A stretch of 64,000 nucleotides of DNA from Camelus ferus (Eukaryota). Shown here piece after piece: positions 25,120-39,200 of this stretch. Position 1 is the stretch's first letter. Each line of letters begins with the position of its first letter. The stretch lies in assembly GCF_009834535.1 (NCBI RefSeq), contig NC_045696.1, forward strand, positions 45,138,001-45,202,000, given 5' to 3'. Both the position numbers and the translations under genes were made by a program. Under the pieces are notes generated by a model that saw only the letters and a list, made by a program, of their open reading frames with translations, was not told the DNA's origin and ran no database searches.

Positions 25120-26202
25120 TACTCAAAAGAAGAATTGCTGGATCATATGATAGTTCTAATTTTAATTTTTCCATAATGTTCGCACCAGTTTACACTCCCA
25201 CCAACAGTGCATGAGGGCTCCCTTTTCTCCACATCCTAACACTTGTTACTTCTTATCTTTTTAATGATAGTCATTCTGAAAAGTGTGAGGTGAAGTGATG
25301 TCTCATTGCAATACTGACTTGCATTTCTCTGATGAATAATGATATTGAGTAAATTTTTATTAAATTCTCAAATTAATTAACTTAACTAAAATGCAAACAA
25401 ATGTGATGTATGGCTAATGGCTACTTTATTGCATAGGAAAAAATGACTAAACTCTATTATCCTGAACTCCTAAGCAATACATAAAGAGATACTTATGAAA
25501 AAAATTGCATCAACTTACTTATTAAATAAATTCAAATTTAAATAGATTCAGTTATTTCTCATTGGTTAATTCTTTAATTCAATATAATCCAAAATTTTCA
25601 AGCAAAGTAACCTAGCCATAACCAATGCAGAACTTAAAAATTTGTTTTCTTCTCAATTCTTGCTCTAAGGTGACATTTTTTTTACTAGTTGCTTTATTTC
25701 TATTTAACTTCCCTTAAAATTACTTAAAAGTAATACAAACTAAATTGTGTTGAAAAATATTTTTACCATACATCCTTGATAGTTTCCCACTTTATTTTTC
25801 TACACCTAAAAAGTGTGAACTCAGTCTCTAATCTTTTTGCTGTAAATCTGCTTCATAGTTCATGCTGTGACAGTCACAGATGGGCAAATTCTAATTTAGA
25901 GGAATAGGAGTCAGAGATGAGGCACTTAGATCAAAAGGGGACTGAGTTTAATGTCCTGGTTCCTAGTCTGGGCAAACAACCCAAGGAACAAAGATTTCAG
26001 TTTTTCACTCATTCAGTGACATGGGAAAACATTCCAAGTGTCTATACAATTGAATATTTCCCCAAGCTAAGGTCAGTGACAAAAGTTATTAGCAGAAGAA
26101 CTGCCTTGGTTCATCTGCCTACCTAAGGACTCTGAAGCAGCCCCTGTCCCACTACTGCTCTTGCAAACATCACGGGACTGAGGCTACATCAAGATGTTAT
26201 GC

Positions 26203-28163
26203 CTTTTTTCTGGACTCTCTATTCTGTTCCATTGATCCAGACGTCTGGATTTGTGCCAATACCATGCTGTTTTGATTATTGTAGCTCTGTAGTATTGTCT
26301 GAAGTCTGGGAGGCTTATTCCTCCTACTTCATTCTTTTTCGTAAGCATTGCTTTGGCAATTCTGGGTCTTTTGTGATTCCATATAAATTTTAGGATTATT
26401 TGTTCTAGTTCTGCAAAAAATGTCGTGAGTAATTTGATAGAGATCACATTAGGTCTGTAGATTGCTTTGGGAAGTATGGCCATTTTAACAATATTAATTC
26501 TTGGAATCTAAGAACATAGGATATCTTTCCATTTCTTTAAGTCATTTTCAATTTCCTTAGTCAATGTTTTGTAGTTCTCTGTGAATAAGTATTTCACTTC
26601 TTTGGTCAGATTTATTCCTAAGTATTTTTTTTGGATGCAATTTTAAAAGGGATTATTTCTTTACTTTCCTTTTCTGATATTTCATTGTTAGTGTAAAGAA
26701 ATGCAACTGATTTCTGTATGTTAATCTTATATCCTGCTACCTTGCTGAATTCTTTTAGACCTTGGTCAATTAATCTTTGGCAAAGGAGGCAAGAATATAC
26801 AATGGAGTAAAGACAGTCACTTCTGCAAATAGTGCTGGGAAGACTGGACAGCTGTATGTAAATTAATGAAGTTAGAATACTTCCTCACATTATACACAAA
26901 AGTTAACTCAAAATGGCTTAAAGACTTAAACATAAGACAAGACACTATAAACCTCTTAGAAAAAAACATAGGCAAAACATTCTCTGACATAAATCTTAGC
27001 AATGTTCTCCTAGCGCAGTCTACCCAGGCAATAGGCATGGAAGCAAAAATTAACAAATGGGACCTAACTAAACTTATAAGCTTTTGCACAGCAAAGGAAA
27101 CCATAAGCAAAACAAAAAGACAACCTAAAGAATAGGAGAAAATATTTGTAAAAGATGAGACTGACAAGGGCTTAATTTCCAGAATATATAAACAGCTCAT
27201 ACAACTTAATAAGAAAAAAACAAACAACCCAATCCAAAAATGGGCAGAAGACCTAAACAAGCAATTCTCCAATGAAGACATACAAATGGACAACAGGCAC
27301 ATGAAAAAATGTTCAATATTGCTAATTATCAGAGAAATGCAAATCAAAACCACAATTAAGTATCACATCATATCAGCCAGAATGGCTATCATTCAAAAGT
27401 CCACAAACAATAAATGCTGCAAGGGTGTGCAGAAAAGGAACCCACTTATATTGCTGGTAGGAATGTAGTTTGGTGCAGTCATTATGGAAAACAGTATGGA
27501 AATTCCACAAAAGACTGAAAATAGACTTACCATATGATCCAGCAATCCCACTCTTGGGCATATATCCAGAGGGAACCTTAATTCAAAAGGATACATGCAC
27601 CCCAGTGTTCACAGTGGCTCTATTTACAATAGCCGAGACATGGAAACAACCTAAATGTCCACTGACAGATGACTGGATAAAGAAGTTGTGGTCTATTTAT
27701 ACAATGGAATACTACTCAGCTATCAAAAAGAATAAAATAATGCCATTTGCAGTAACATGGATGGACCTGGAGATTGTCATTCTAAGTGAAGAAAGCCAGA
27801 AAGAGAAAGAAAAATACCATTCATGATATCACTTATATATAGAATCTAAAAAGACAAACGAACTTGTTTACAAAACAGAAACAGACTCACAGATATAGAA
27901 AACAAACTTATGGTTACCAGTGGGGAAAGGGGGTAGGAAGGGATAAATTGGGAGTTTGAGATTTGCACATACTAAGTATTATATATAAAATAGATAAACA
28001 ACAAGTTTCTTCTGTATAGCACAGGGAACTGTATTCAATATCTAGTAGTAATCTATAATGAAAAAGAATATGAAAATGAATATATGTATGTATATGCATG
28101 ATTGGGACATTGTGCTATACACCAGAAATTGACACAACATTGTGAGCTAACTATGGGGAAAAA
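26203..28163 (+). mobile_element. ~2-kb L1 (ORF2 3' part + 3' UTR) with 5' inversion; ORF2 disrupted
   Basis: 26203-~26755 is antisense ORF2 ([10 protein letters not shown]...[10 protein letters not shown]...QWNRIESPE). ~26757-28163 is sense ORF2 ([23 protein letters not shown]) plus 3' UTR. 12-bp TSD aagatgttatgc at 26191-26202 / 28164-28175. Confidence 0.96.
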
Positions 28164-28754
28164 AAGATGTTATGCATTACAACTAGTCTTAGAATCTGGA
28201 GGGATGATATCTGGACTTTGAGAATAAGCACATAAAACAACTTCTCTTTAGCTCATAGAATTCCTACAGATCATCTCTACTACTTCATTTTTCCTCTTGT
28301 CCTATTGTGCTTCTGGAAACCAGAGTGCTCCCAAAGTCATCTGATTTGGAAAAGGTACTGGTCTGTAGGAATATACATTCATACCTGCTGGATAGCTTCT
28401 ATTACACACATTTCCCTGATTTTTTTCCTCAGAATTCAAGTACCTCAGTGTAACCTTTGATTAAAGCTGAAATCATTGGAGATAGCATTATCTGGCTTGT
28501 CTTCATGATTCAAAAACCAAGTTCCCTTCTCCCTGTCATAATCATTTCCTTTAGGTCATTTTTTTCAGATTGGAATTAAGCAAAATTCCATCATCATCAT
28601 CATAATAAAAAACCTTTCATAATATAGTTCATTCATCACAGATGGAGATAATTTCAAAACCTTTAGCCACATTTCTCATCATTCACCTCTCTTGATCTCA
28701 TGTGGCTTTTATTATTAAACTAGATTGATCAGATGTAAACTTTATAGGTTTCCA

Positions 28755-28955
28755 CTTGTGTTTAAATTCTGACTCTAACTCTTGTAAGCTGTGGCCTTGG
28801 TCAGATTGTTCTAGTCTTCTTAGCCATTTTTTTTTCCTGGAAAATTGGTTTTAAAATGGTATTTATTACATGGAGCTGCTCTAATAATTAAATGAGATAA
28901 TTTATGTGAAGTACTTAAGACGACATATTAAAAACACTTAATAAATGATACTATT
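28755..28955 (+). mobile_element. MIR SINE
   Basis: tgtgtttaaattctgactct...gctgtggccttgg...attaaatgagataatttatgtgaagtactta...cacttaataaatg. Confidence 0.75.
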
Positions 28956-30374
28956 GTCTTTCTACTGCTATCCAAGTAAAAACATTTAGGAAAACTAATG
29001 ACCACTAAAAAATACACATTTTAGTCGATTTAAATATAGAGCAACGTCCAGTATTAATATTCAGTGGAAACCAGGGAAAATTTAAATTGACTAAAATGAC
29101 CAAGTTTAAAATTTTCTCATAGTTCTAAGATTAAGTTCTTACTCAAGTTAACATTGAATACTTAAGTACTATTTATAAGGAAAAAATTTTGAGAGCATCT
29201 ACAAAAACTTGAAACTAAAAACATGAGGCTAATTACTGAAAACAGTTTTCCTACTATTTAAGAATAACCAAACATGAATGAAAAACGATTACAATGTTTT
29301 TTTTTGAGGCTTTACCTGGAGCTAATTAATGTGAATTTGTAAATTTTCAAGAAAGAAATAATTCTCAATGAATAAGCCAGAAATGAGGTACTATTTCTTA
29401 TTGATCAAAAAAATTCTCTTTCTAGCTTTTAAAAGTTTTTAAATATTTGCTCAAGGAAGGCTTCTTAAAGGTTAAATAAAGACTGCAGAGTCGAGATGAG
29501 GTGAAACACCAGCCCCCTGACAACATGTAAGGAGTGTTTAGACCAGACCTTTGTGTGTGTAGTTGGGTCACAATCAACCATGATATTAAGGTCAATTTTG
29601 CATACACTCTAAACTCACAGCTTATCTCAAAACATCTTTATAAAATTTAGCACACAGTTCTGCAACATCACTATCCAGTATTGTTTTCCAGTATTGCACA
29701 GGACAGTCTATACTTTTATCTTTGTGAAAATACAGTCATGATGATCCTATGAAATGTAAAGCTAACTTGTTCACCCTTATTTTCTAGAATAAAGCAGGAA
29801 AAAAGTAAGTTTATAAAAAGGCAATGAAAATGGAATTATAATATAATAATGTATATCCTTTCTATTTACATACTAATTTATGACACTATGACTATTTGGG
29901 TACATATCAAATGTTAGCAATCAGAACATGGCAGGTTCTTCAAAACAGATAGCCTAAGATATATAAATACAAAATATTTTGATAAAAATTGAAAATACTA
30001 TTCAAAGCAATAAAATCCACTTCAAGACTGACATAATAACCTATTTAGAAATCAAAATTAAGTTTTTGTGGAATCTAAGTTCTAACTTTGTTAAATTAGT
30101 TTTTTCAGAAAAGTTTAAAAAATGGCAATAAAATTATTTCTGAAAACCATACAGCATATTAAAAGACAACTTCGCAATATACTTGCAAGTATCTGAGAGA
30201 AGTCAAGATAAAAATTATTCTCAGGGAGATCTGGCTGCATGCTTTCATCTTAACTTTATACATAAAGTTTAATAAGAAATTGTTGAAATGTTAAATATGG
30301 TTCTTAAAAGACAAAATACACTACTACTGCCTGAACCCTTCTTTCTCATAGAACTCTGACTTTTGTTTAAGATA

Positions 30375-30800
30375 ATAATGTGTCCAGCTGAAAACAGATT
30401 CTCTGGCATTTGGAAGTGGCTGTGTGACCCAGTACTAGACAGCAAGATGTGAGAAGACACTAGGAAAAGCATTCCTTCCTAAATAAAAAGGCAAATCTTG
30501 CTAAGATGAAACACTTTTGCATTTGCATTTTCCACTGCTTTCGGCCTAGAACTCAGACAGGATGACTGGAGGTATAAGGTCAACTTGCAACCATGAGGAT
30601 AGAAACGTATTTGTTTTACACAGTAGGGACAGGAAGAATGGAGCCTGAAGAATTAATGACATCATAAAGCTACCTCATCAGTCTGGACTGCTACCCTCAG
30701 ACAACTTGTTACATGAGAAAAATGAACAACCTATCTGATTAAGCCCCCCATAGTTCATGTTCTCTGTGGAATGCAGTCAAATACAAACATAATGGATTCC
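30375..30800 (+). mobile_element. Old ERVL/MaLR solo LTR (LTR16/MLT1J-like)
   Basis: ggctgtgtgacccagt, cttgcaaccatgagg, atgacatcataaagct...tggactgctaccctcagac...tgttacatgagaaaaat. Confidence 0.65.
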
Positions 30801-31689
30801 AAACACTGTAAAATGACAAATATTATAAACAGTGATATTTAATTATTTGGCCAAGATCAATTATAGAATAAAAGATCACAATGTGGAGAAATGGAAAAGA
30901 GAAATAATGATTTCATATTTTTAACTTGTGTGTGTTGTGTCCTCTAACCATTCTATTATGAAATATGAAGTTTCAGCATTTTTGCAAATTTTCAGTCATT
31001 GCAAAACAATGTTTTTTAATAGCTTAATGCAGGCTACTCAGTCATCAGGTAGCTAGTAAACCCTTTCCCAATTTGCTCAAATCTAAAGCAGAGTGATGGA
31101 AATGATCAAAGTCCTTAGGTTAAACTTACCAAATCAGAAGTACTGGCCTATAGACAAAATTAACTTTTCATTCTCTTTGGTAACTATCTCTTTACGTGAG
31201 AGAAACAAATGACACAGCAATCAAATTCCTAGTATTTGTAAGTTAAAAGCACCTGAAAACATTTACTAATCAAGAAGTAATTCCATGTATGAAAATTAAA
31301 AAAATGAGACTGGTTGTAAAAGCAGCATGAGGTATTGCTTTATGATACATCCAACATTACTTCGATTTATTAAAATAAAATCTTTATCCTTTGATTTATA
31401 TTTCTGTATACATTCCATTTTGATATTGTATATAAATGAAATTTACTATTTCCTATGAAAAATTAGAGTAAGATTCAATTTCTATGCTAAGAAAATACTT
31501 TGTAAAAAGTATTCTGGAGTAGTCTCTGTGCCTGTTTCTTTATGTGTAAAATAGGTTAAAGAATATTTCCTACCCCATAGGGTTGTTAAATGACATATAT
31601 ATTAAACACATCAAACATGCTTGTCATAGGTAAATAAATATCAATAAAATATTTTTATTATCATTGCTAGGGAGGTAGATATGATGACG

Positions 31690-32100
31690 TGTTCATCAAA
31701 ATTTGCACTTTCCCTCTATGGTACTTTTTGCTGGGAAGTGACTCCCCAGCTAGGGGAGTACATTTCCCAGCTCCACTTGCAACTCAGTGGGCTGTGTGGC
31801 TAATTCTTACTTTGTGGAATGTGACTGGCAGTAGAATGTATCACTTGTAGGTCAAGGTATTTACAAAATAGATGTATTTCCTTATGCTCTTTTCTCCCCT
31901 TTTGTCAAGTACCTACCGATTAAGTCCAAGACCTTATGAGGTGAAGAAACAAAGTGGAAGAATCCTGGGTCCTTGAATTACCAGATAGAGAAAAGTCACT
32001 GATGTGAGAATGATAAACACTAGAATCACATCACATGAATGAGAAATTACTATGATGTTGACAGACTAAAATTTGGGAGTTAATTTGTTATGATAGTTGT
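31690..32100 (+). mobile_element. MaLR solo LTR (MLT1-like)
   Basis: catttcccagctccacttgca...ggaatgtga...gaagaatcctgggtccttgaat...aaatttgggagttaatttgtta. Confidence 0.65.
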
Positions 32101-33956
32101 CAAAATGTTTCATCAAATAAAATTCATATTTACCACATAAATTAAAAGTAAAACTCTGATTTTTCTATAATCAGATTATTCTGATATTCATGCATTTTGT
32201 AATTAAATCTCAAAGATAAAGTTTAACACCATTATAAATTTCTTCTATATGTTTAAAAAACTAGCTTCTGTGATCTTCCCTCATAAAACCCAATCAATTT
32301 TTGTCAGATTGAAATTTAATTATTGAAGCCAGAGAATGCATTACAGAGGCTATTATAATTCAAGATTTTTCTTTTGTAAATGAATGGGCATAACGGAAAT
32401 TCATAATTTTAAAACTAATTAAAAGGAAGTATGTCCTAGTAATTGATGTTCTAGTAATTTTGCTGGTGAGCAAAATTCTGTTAATACAAGTCAGACCATA
32501 TTTCAGTTGACATTGGCCTGAAATGATATTACCTGTAATTATAGTTTTGATATGATGGCCAGAACCAATAGCTATTTCTTTTAAATAAATAATTGGAATT
32601 TTTTAAAGCTTCTGTAACTCAGTTCTTAAGAATAAAATGGGCACAATGTAAAAGTTGTGGTAGTACCAAAAATCTCAGTGATCTTACTATATTTTTCATA
32701 AAAGTAGAGAAATACTTATTCTGATGATTTTACGATATATTTAGATACTTGGAGGCAGGGATCTATCTTATCTCTCTACCTGTCTATCCACACATACACA
32801 TAAATATGCTCATAGATGCAGTGTTTGGTTTCCCATCTGACCCCTACCCTACTCAGAGTACAGGGATGGAGCTCCTATAGTTTGTTTGCTTGATTGAACT
32901 CCATTGACACATTTCCTCTTATTTTGAAATAAGCACTGGACTCACATATGACATTAGCAGTATGTCTGTGGTATGTGTTTACCTATATATGCATGATTTT
33001 GCATTTACAGATGGAAAAGGATAGATAAGAACTCTTAGTCAGCATGTTTGGGTGCCCCACCTTCTTGGAGACACTTGTTATAGTACAGGGAAAAAATGTA
33101 GGTCTCTGCTTGCAAGCATCATTATAGCATTAAAAATTTTTTTTTGTAATAATAATTAGTGCTTAAGGGTATAATGATATGTTTGGTTTGGCATCAACAA
33201 TTCTTGTAATATAGAGTTTTACTGCTTTTTTGTGTTGAAAAGAGTCAATGGTTAAAATTATGTTTACTCAAGGAGAGAGATTTGTAGCTTGTCTAGTTGC
33301 TATGGGAACTATATTCTTTTGTTCACTAAATTAATCTATGCGAAAAAAGGATAGAAACTTTGTAAAGGGTTAAGGCATTATATACTTATTAAATAAAATT
33401 TGGAAAATACTAAATAGTATTAAAAATATCACCCATAATTATTTCACCAAGATACTCTGTTAGCATTTTGAGATGTTTCACTTTTATTTCACCACACACA
33501 TTGTTTTGTTGTCATAGTAGTGTTTGAATCATTTACACATTTATATAATACTTTATTTTACTAAAGTTATACTTCAGAAGGAAACATACACACACACACA
33601 CCAAAGCACATAGGATTATATATTCCTTAAATATCATTTTGCCATCTTGCATGTTAATGCCTTTCAAACAATCTGTGCAAAATGCATTTACATTCCTTCT
33701 CCAACTGTTCTTTATAACACATTTTCTCAAAAATTGCTCCACTCTCTAGTTCAGAATCCCTGTCACTTCATCATCACTTACCATATTGCCATATATGGGC
33801 AGGCTTATGCAAGGTTTACTCATGGTTATGTGTCAGACTAACTTCTAACACACACATACTTTTGGAGAAACTATCGGTGGTGGTTATGCCACATTTCTGT
33901 TCTTCTCTGTTCGTGTATCCCTCTCTATGATTGTACTTTCTCCTTTGGCTCCAACT

Positions 33957-34200
33957 TTCATTCATTTACTCATTTAGTGAAGATTTATGGAGCACTTTTA
34001 CAGGCCAGGCAATCTGCAAGACACTGGGCTAGGACGATGAGTAGGGCACAATTTTACCAGTCAATCACGATATAATGTGATAAGTGCCAATTGGCAGAAA
34101 TAGAAGGTATTGTGGCAGGAATTGTAAAGGAATTGTAATTGACAGTTAGTCCTGTCCTAGGGGATCAAGAATAGCTTTCTTGAGCCCATGGCTTTATCAG
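33957..34200 (-). mobile_element. L2 3' fragment
   Basis: ttcattcatttactcattt...atttatggagcact...ggccaggca...gacactggg. Confidence 0.65.
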
Positions 34201-35871
34201 CTGGAATAGTGCCAGCTCAGGATACAACTGATGGCCAGAAAAGGAAGACTTAGTTGTTATGAAGAATTCTGGCAAATGTAATTTTGGTAACTTAGGTAAA
34301 TTCAGGAATGAGACATTCTACAACTAGGATAATGTGAGGTGTTAAGAAAGGGGCAACCAAGATCCAGCCAAAGATAAAGGCAGGGAAGAGCTGGGCAAAT
34401 TCACTTAGCCACAGACAATGCCTCAGAAAACTGCCCTGTGCAGAGGCTGCCCAATGCTTAGTGCCTAATGGGCACAACAAGCTCCCACAAACATGTGTTC
34501 ATTGATATCAGGTCATTTAGCCTAGTGGCTGGGGTAGTGCAACAGAATTTTGGGTAAGTGCTGAACATCAGGAGAACTTCCCATATAGAGGAGAATAGTG
34601 TATGGAAGTATGGAGACTGGATACAGAGTCGGGAAAGGTCCACATCCCTCAGTTTTGAATTCACTGCCAGATAGAAAAACACTGGAGTCTAGAAGAATTA
34701 ATATAGAATTGAATCTTAGGAGTTAAAACCTAGGCTGAATTTTATCTAATAATCCAGATCGACATGAAGTACATGGAAGGCTGTATCATTGGGAAGGGAA
34801 TGCATTTCAAGCATGAGCTCTCCTGAATTGGTGATCTGGTTAGGAATATTCTTTCCTCTGAAAATAAAGTATGCTTGCAGACACATTAAGTTCTTTTTCT
34901 CCACCTGTAATCTTTCAAAATAGAGTCCCACACTATCAAGTTTTAGTATTATTTTCAGTAAAATACAATTAAATGATTAGCTCTCTGAGAGTAAAGAAGA
35001 AAACTTAAGTAGCAACACACAGTCCTATAAAGATTCCCAGTTTTACTAAATTAGAGGAGTGGGCTGTGTCCTATAGGAGCCGGGTTCTTTAGAGGGCAGC
35101 TTGTGGGGTTCTGAGACTTGGCTGGGGAACAGTGGACTTTACCTGGCTATATACCCTGGTTTGTGAGTTCTGATAGTGGGTATTGACTGTGGAATTCATG
35201 ACATACAAGCTTAGGAACTGAGTAAACTTTGGAGATCAATTCTCTCCCTAAATTCCAGTATGGTAAATCATTTTTGCTGATGGTCTTCAAAAAAAGACTC
35301 TGAGAAAGGACACGAGAAATTCCCACTGATTATTTATCTCAGGAATTCACTTCCTGACTCAAGAATCCCAGTCTATTAAGCAACAGGCAGAAGCTTACCA
35401 ACAATATCTATGACTCTTGCGAGCAGTCAGATGCACGAACTTCCTCTGACCAAGCATTTCCCCTGACCTTGCAGTCCTCTTAAGTTCTTTATTATTGTTT
35501 ATAAAAATGAGGTGCCCAATTTAATATATGTTCAATATAAAACAGTTTGAAGGTTCAGATTAAGTGTAAAGAGGGAGGAAATATCCATCTGTAATTACAC
35601 TGACTTTTTCAGTTTAACATGTCAAGGATCTAAGTGTTTTGAGAGTCTGTATCTGGAAGATTAAAACTCCCCAAGGCAGAACAGAGTGGGATTCCTATAC
35701 TTGAGTGGAGCAGGCAGAGGAGGGGCTCCCCCTTTACCTATAAAATTACTCAGCAAAGAGAAATGGAATTGCTACTGATGTGAACAGCAACTGGATTTTT
35801 CTACTCTTGAGCCCTCAAAGGCCGTATGGTGTCTCATCAAACCTATGGAACGTTTAGGAAAAGGCTACTTC

Positions 35872-36295
35872 TAAAATTATGGCTCAGTCATACAATGGAA
35901 CACCCTGCTTACAAAATGAAAAAGAAAAAAAAAAGTAGTTCTTTATTCCTTAATATAAAACTATTCAAGATGTATTAATTGAAAACAAAATTAAACTTCA
36001 TAATAGGTTATGATGTGTTCATATTTGTGTTAAAAAGGTAGATCTAGCTATAGATAGATCTATAGATAGATAGCGTATATACTTGTATATCTAGATGATT
36101 TCTCAAATAGAATATACAACAAATAGTTGGTGACAGTCGTTCCTTAAGGGTATATTGAGAGGGAGGAAAGTGGGGGTGTCTACAGAACATGGGTACTGGT
36201 GGCTGCGGAAGGAGGAAGCTTTCATTCTTATAACTGCCTTTCTTCTCTTGGATAGTTTTACTCTATAAATGCATTGTTATTTTTGTTAAAAACTA
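35872..36295 (+). mobile_element. Ancient L1ME-like 3' end
   Basis: aaattatggctcagtcatacaatggaa...ttcaagatgtattaattgaaaa...gacagtcgttcct. Confidence 0.6.
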
Positions 36296-39200
36296 GTTAA
36301 ATAAACATATCACTCATATGCCTTGGGAAATGGTATAGGTTTTAATCTAAAACTTACTCCTTTAGCATAGGATTGTTATAAGATATTCAAATAATTATTT
36401 AACATTACCTGTAAATCTAGACTGTGTTGTTTGCCTATTTCCAGTATACTGCATATTCATAGAAACTGGACTTGTAGGAGACCCAACGCAGACTTAGGGA
36501 ATAACATAGTAAATTTTATCTATTTTTTCAGGGCAGAAGTTTCTATAGTCTTAAACGTTATTATTTAGGAATGTAAAGCCTTGCTAGAATTCTGTCCTGT
36601 ATAACCATCCTCTGTTTTCCATTTCTCAGACTACTGGGCATTTAGGTGAACTTCAGTTCACCCCTCACTTGTGCTGCCAAAAAGAGGCCTCCTGGGAATA
36701 TCACCCTGTTACCCAGTCGGAAAAACCTGTAAGATACAATTTTATTCCATTTGGAAATGCAGTATTTACTGGGTGTGAATAGCTTCTCTACAGCAATTGG
36801 TGACCTCGACTATGCGAATCAAGAGAGATGTAGAGCACATTCATCTGCTTATTTTTAATCCCCTGAAGAAAAATATAGCATTTTAAGACCTCATCATTAT
36901 TCATATAGATAACTGCAATTTAATATTCTAAGTAATTCACAGATAATTTTTGATGATAGTCCACGAAAGTAGGCTATTCATAAAATCCTAAGAGACTGGC
37001 CATTTTTCTGGATTTATATATTTCAGAACACATTTCTCATTTATTATTTAAGTCTCTTATTTTAGAGCCCGCAAAAAGGAGATGGATCTTAACTAAGGAA
37101 ATTTTATCTCATTGTGGAAGATATGTTGAAGCGTCAAGAAACAATGTTTCATTGGAAATGTTACCTGAGACTTGACAGAATAGAAATACCCCCTGGCACT
37201 GAGTAAGCAATGAAAGGGAAGTGGAGATTTGACTGAAGTAGTCTATATTCTGCTAAGAATTTTTTCCTTTATTATCTGACTCTAGAATTTTTAAACTTGT
37301 TTTTGATTGCCTAAGCACACCCATCTTTCATGGGTCTTTAGTCTATGACAAGTTACCTCAGCTTGGGCTGAAAAGTAAGTGACATTATAGTAAGGTTATA
37401 GAAAACCCACATAGATAACTGATTTTTGTAATCATACTCCTTGAAAACAACATCAAAAGAGCATTTCATGCCAAATACACTTTACAGAGCAGTTCCACTT
37501 CCAATGTAATTTTGTCAGTTTTTTAAAAAATCAAATCCACTCCTACTCTGCCTTTTACTGGCTTTAACATATTCCAAAAGAATTGTGATCTGATTGCTCC
37601 AGAGAGGCCTCAAGCTAAAAATGTCCAGAATTAAATTCAGTATTTTTTTTTCCACTCACTGTCCCACAGACTCCCTTCCTTTCCTGCTGTGTTTCTAATC
37701 TAAGCAAAGGGTTCTATTCTTGAATTCTCCAACTCTTCCACCTCATCCTGTCAGACTGACCTCCTAAATACCTCTTAGAGCCATTCCTTTCTTCTATTAA
37801 CCTCACCCTAGTTAAGTTCCAATAATTGTTGAATCCCAAGAATATTGCAGCGGTTTAATAGTCTCCCTTCATATCTTCAGTGTTCTCACTTAAAGTCCAT
37901 TCCTTGCAACCTTTTTTTTTTTTTAAGACACAGATATGATCATGTTGCTTCCTTAAAATGATTTCTTTATGAAAAGTTCAAGGCTCTTAATCAGCTGACC
38001 CTTGCCTAATTTTCCGTGATCAAATTTTGCCCTGTCATCTCTAGGTATTCTGAATTCTCAGGCATGGTATACTCATCACCTCTGCTTCTCTTAATGAGAC
38101 AACTTCTCTTATGAGTTCATGGAGTACGATGTAGTTGGGCAAACAAGAGTCCTAGGAAAGAACTTCAGCAAATTTCCCCAGGTATAGACATAGCAGTTAA
38201 TAATTTTAAAAAATATATATGGGAAAAGTTGGGCTTACTTTCTAAGCAAAACAAAGTATAGATGTAAGAAAACTTTCTTCTCCAAAGGTAGATATGAAGG
38301 AAAAGACTACCAAGAAATAAACCATGACCTTTCTAGATTGTACTCTTCTTTTTGTGAAAGTAGGAAAAGGCATTAAAGAATAATATTGCTCTATTTTTTT
38401 GTTGTCTTGACACTGAAGAGGAAAGAGGGTGTAATAAGTCATTTGCAAGAAAGTATGAAGTGACGTCCTGGGAAAGAAGTGGCACTATGGCAATTCAGGC
38501 AAATGAAGAAATCCACCTTTCTCGTGTCCCTTGAATTCCAGGCAAACCACACTCCTTATCCAAAGTCCGTGAAGTAGTGTAGCTTTCCCACACCTTTGGG
38601 CACATTGTTCTCTTTCTGCCTAGAAAGCCTTCCCCTCTCTTCGCCTGACAGTTCAACTCCTATTCCCCTTTCAAGCTTCTATTTCAGTGTCACCACCTCT
38701 GCGACTCCTTCCCCTTTGCTCTCCTCTGCTGTGACACTTCCCACTGTATATTGCAGCTGTTTACCCACTTGTTTATTTCCTCAAGTATTTCATGCTTTCT
38801 TCAAAGGCACTGTTGTATTCCTAGTATCTATCTTGAAGTAAGAACTCTTATGTTTGCTGAGTAAATAAAGAAATGAATCTACTACAAGCTCTGAAGAAAC
38901 AAAGAGCAGCACTATTACAATTATTAGATAGGGTCCAGGTTTATAATCATTTATTTGAAAAAAATAACATTCAGCTCAGAGTATAAACTCGGGTTAATCT
39001 GCTAAAAGTTAGCAGCCTCATTACCATCATAAGGCAAACCATCCACTCCCCACTCCCATGTCCTACTTTGTTCACAAATAAGGAACTTCCACTCATTCAA
39101 AAGTATCACAGTGAGACCATTTACCTTTCTTTGACCTTTCACTTGCTCCTTTCCTTGGATGGAGAGGTGATTTATATGAGGGGAATGATGGTGGGAGTCT

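Larger units (their letters stand above)
24583..25350 (-). mobile_element. Older L1 3' region, antisense
   Basis: Minus ORF KKNEILQLAKTWIDLENIVLIEVS (ORF2 C-terminus); catcaatggacacttagattgcttcca; tacactcccaccaacagtgc. Confidence 0.9.
24490..25437. mobile_element. MER3/MER33-like hAT element split by an L1 insertion (halves ~24490-24582 and ~25351-25437)
   Basis: Left half tccaatgaggtacccactaaccatatgtg...agtacttaaaagttggcta; right half aattaatt...tggctaatggctactttattg. The two halves match consecutive parts of the MER3-type consensus as recalled. Confidence 0.65.

Noticed and set aside
26184..27826. ORFs as host genes or an active L1
   Set aside because: They are fragments and antisense frames of a truncated, inverted, stop-interrupted L1 ORF2.
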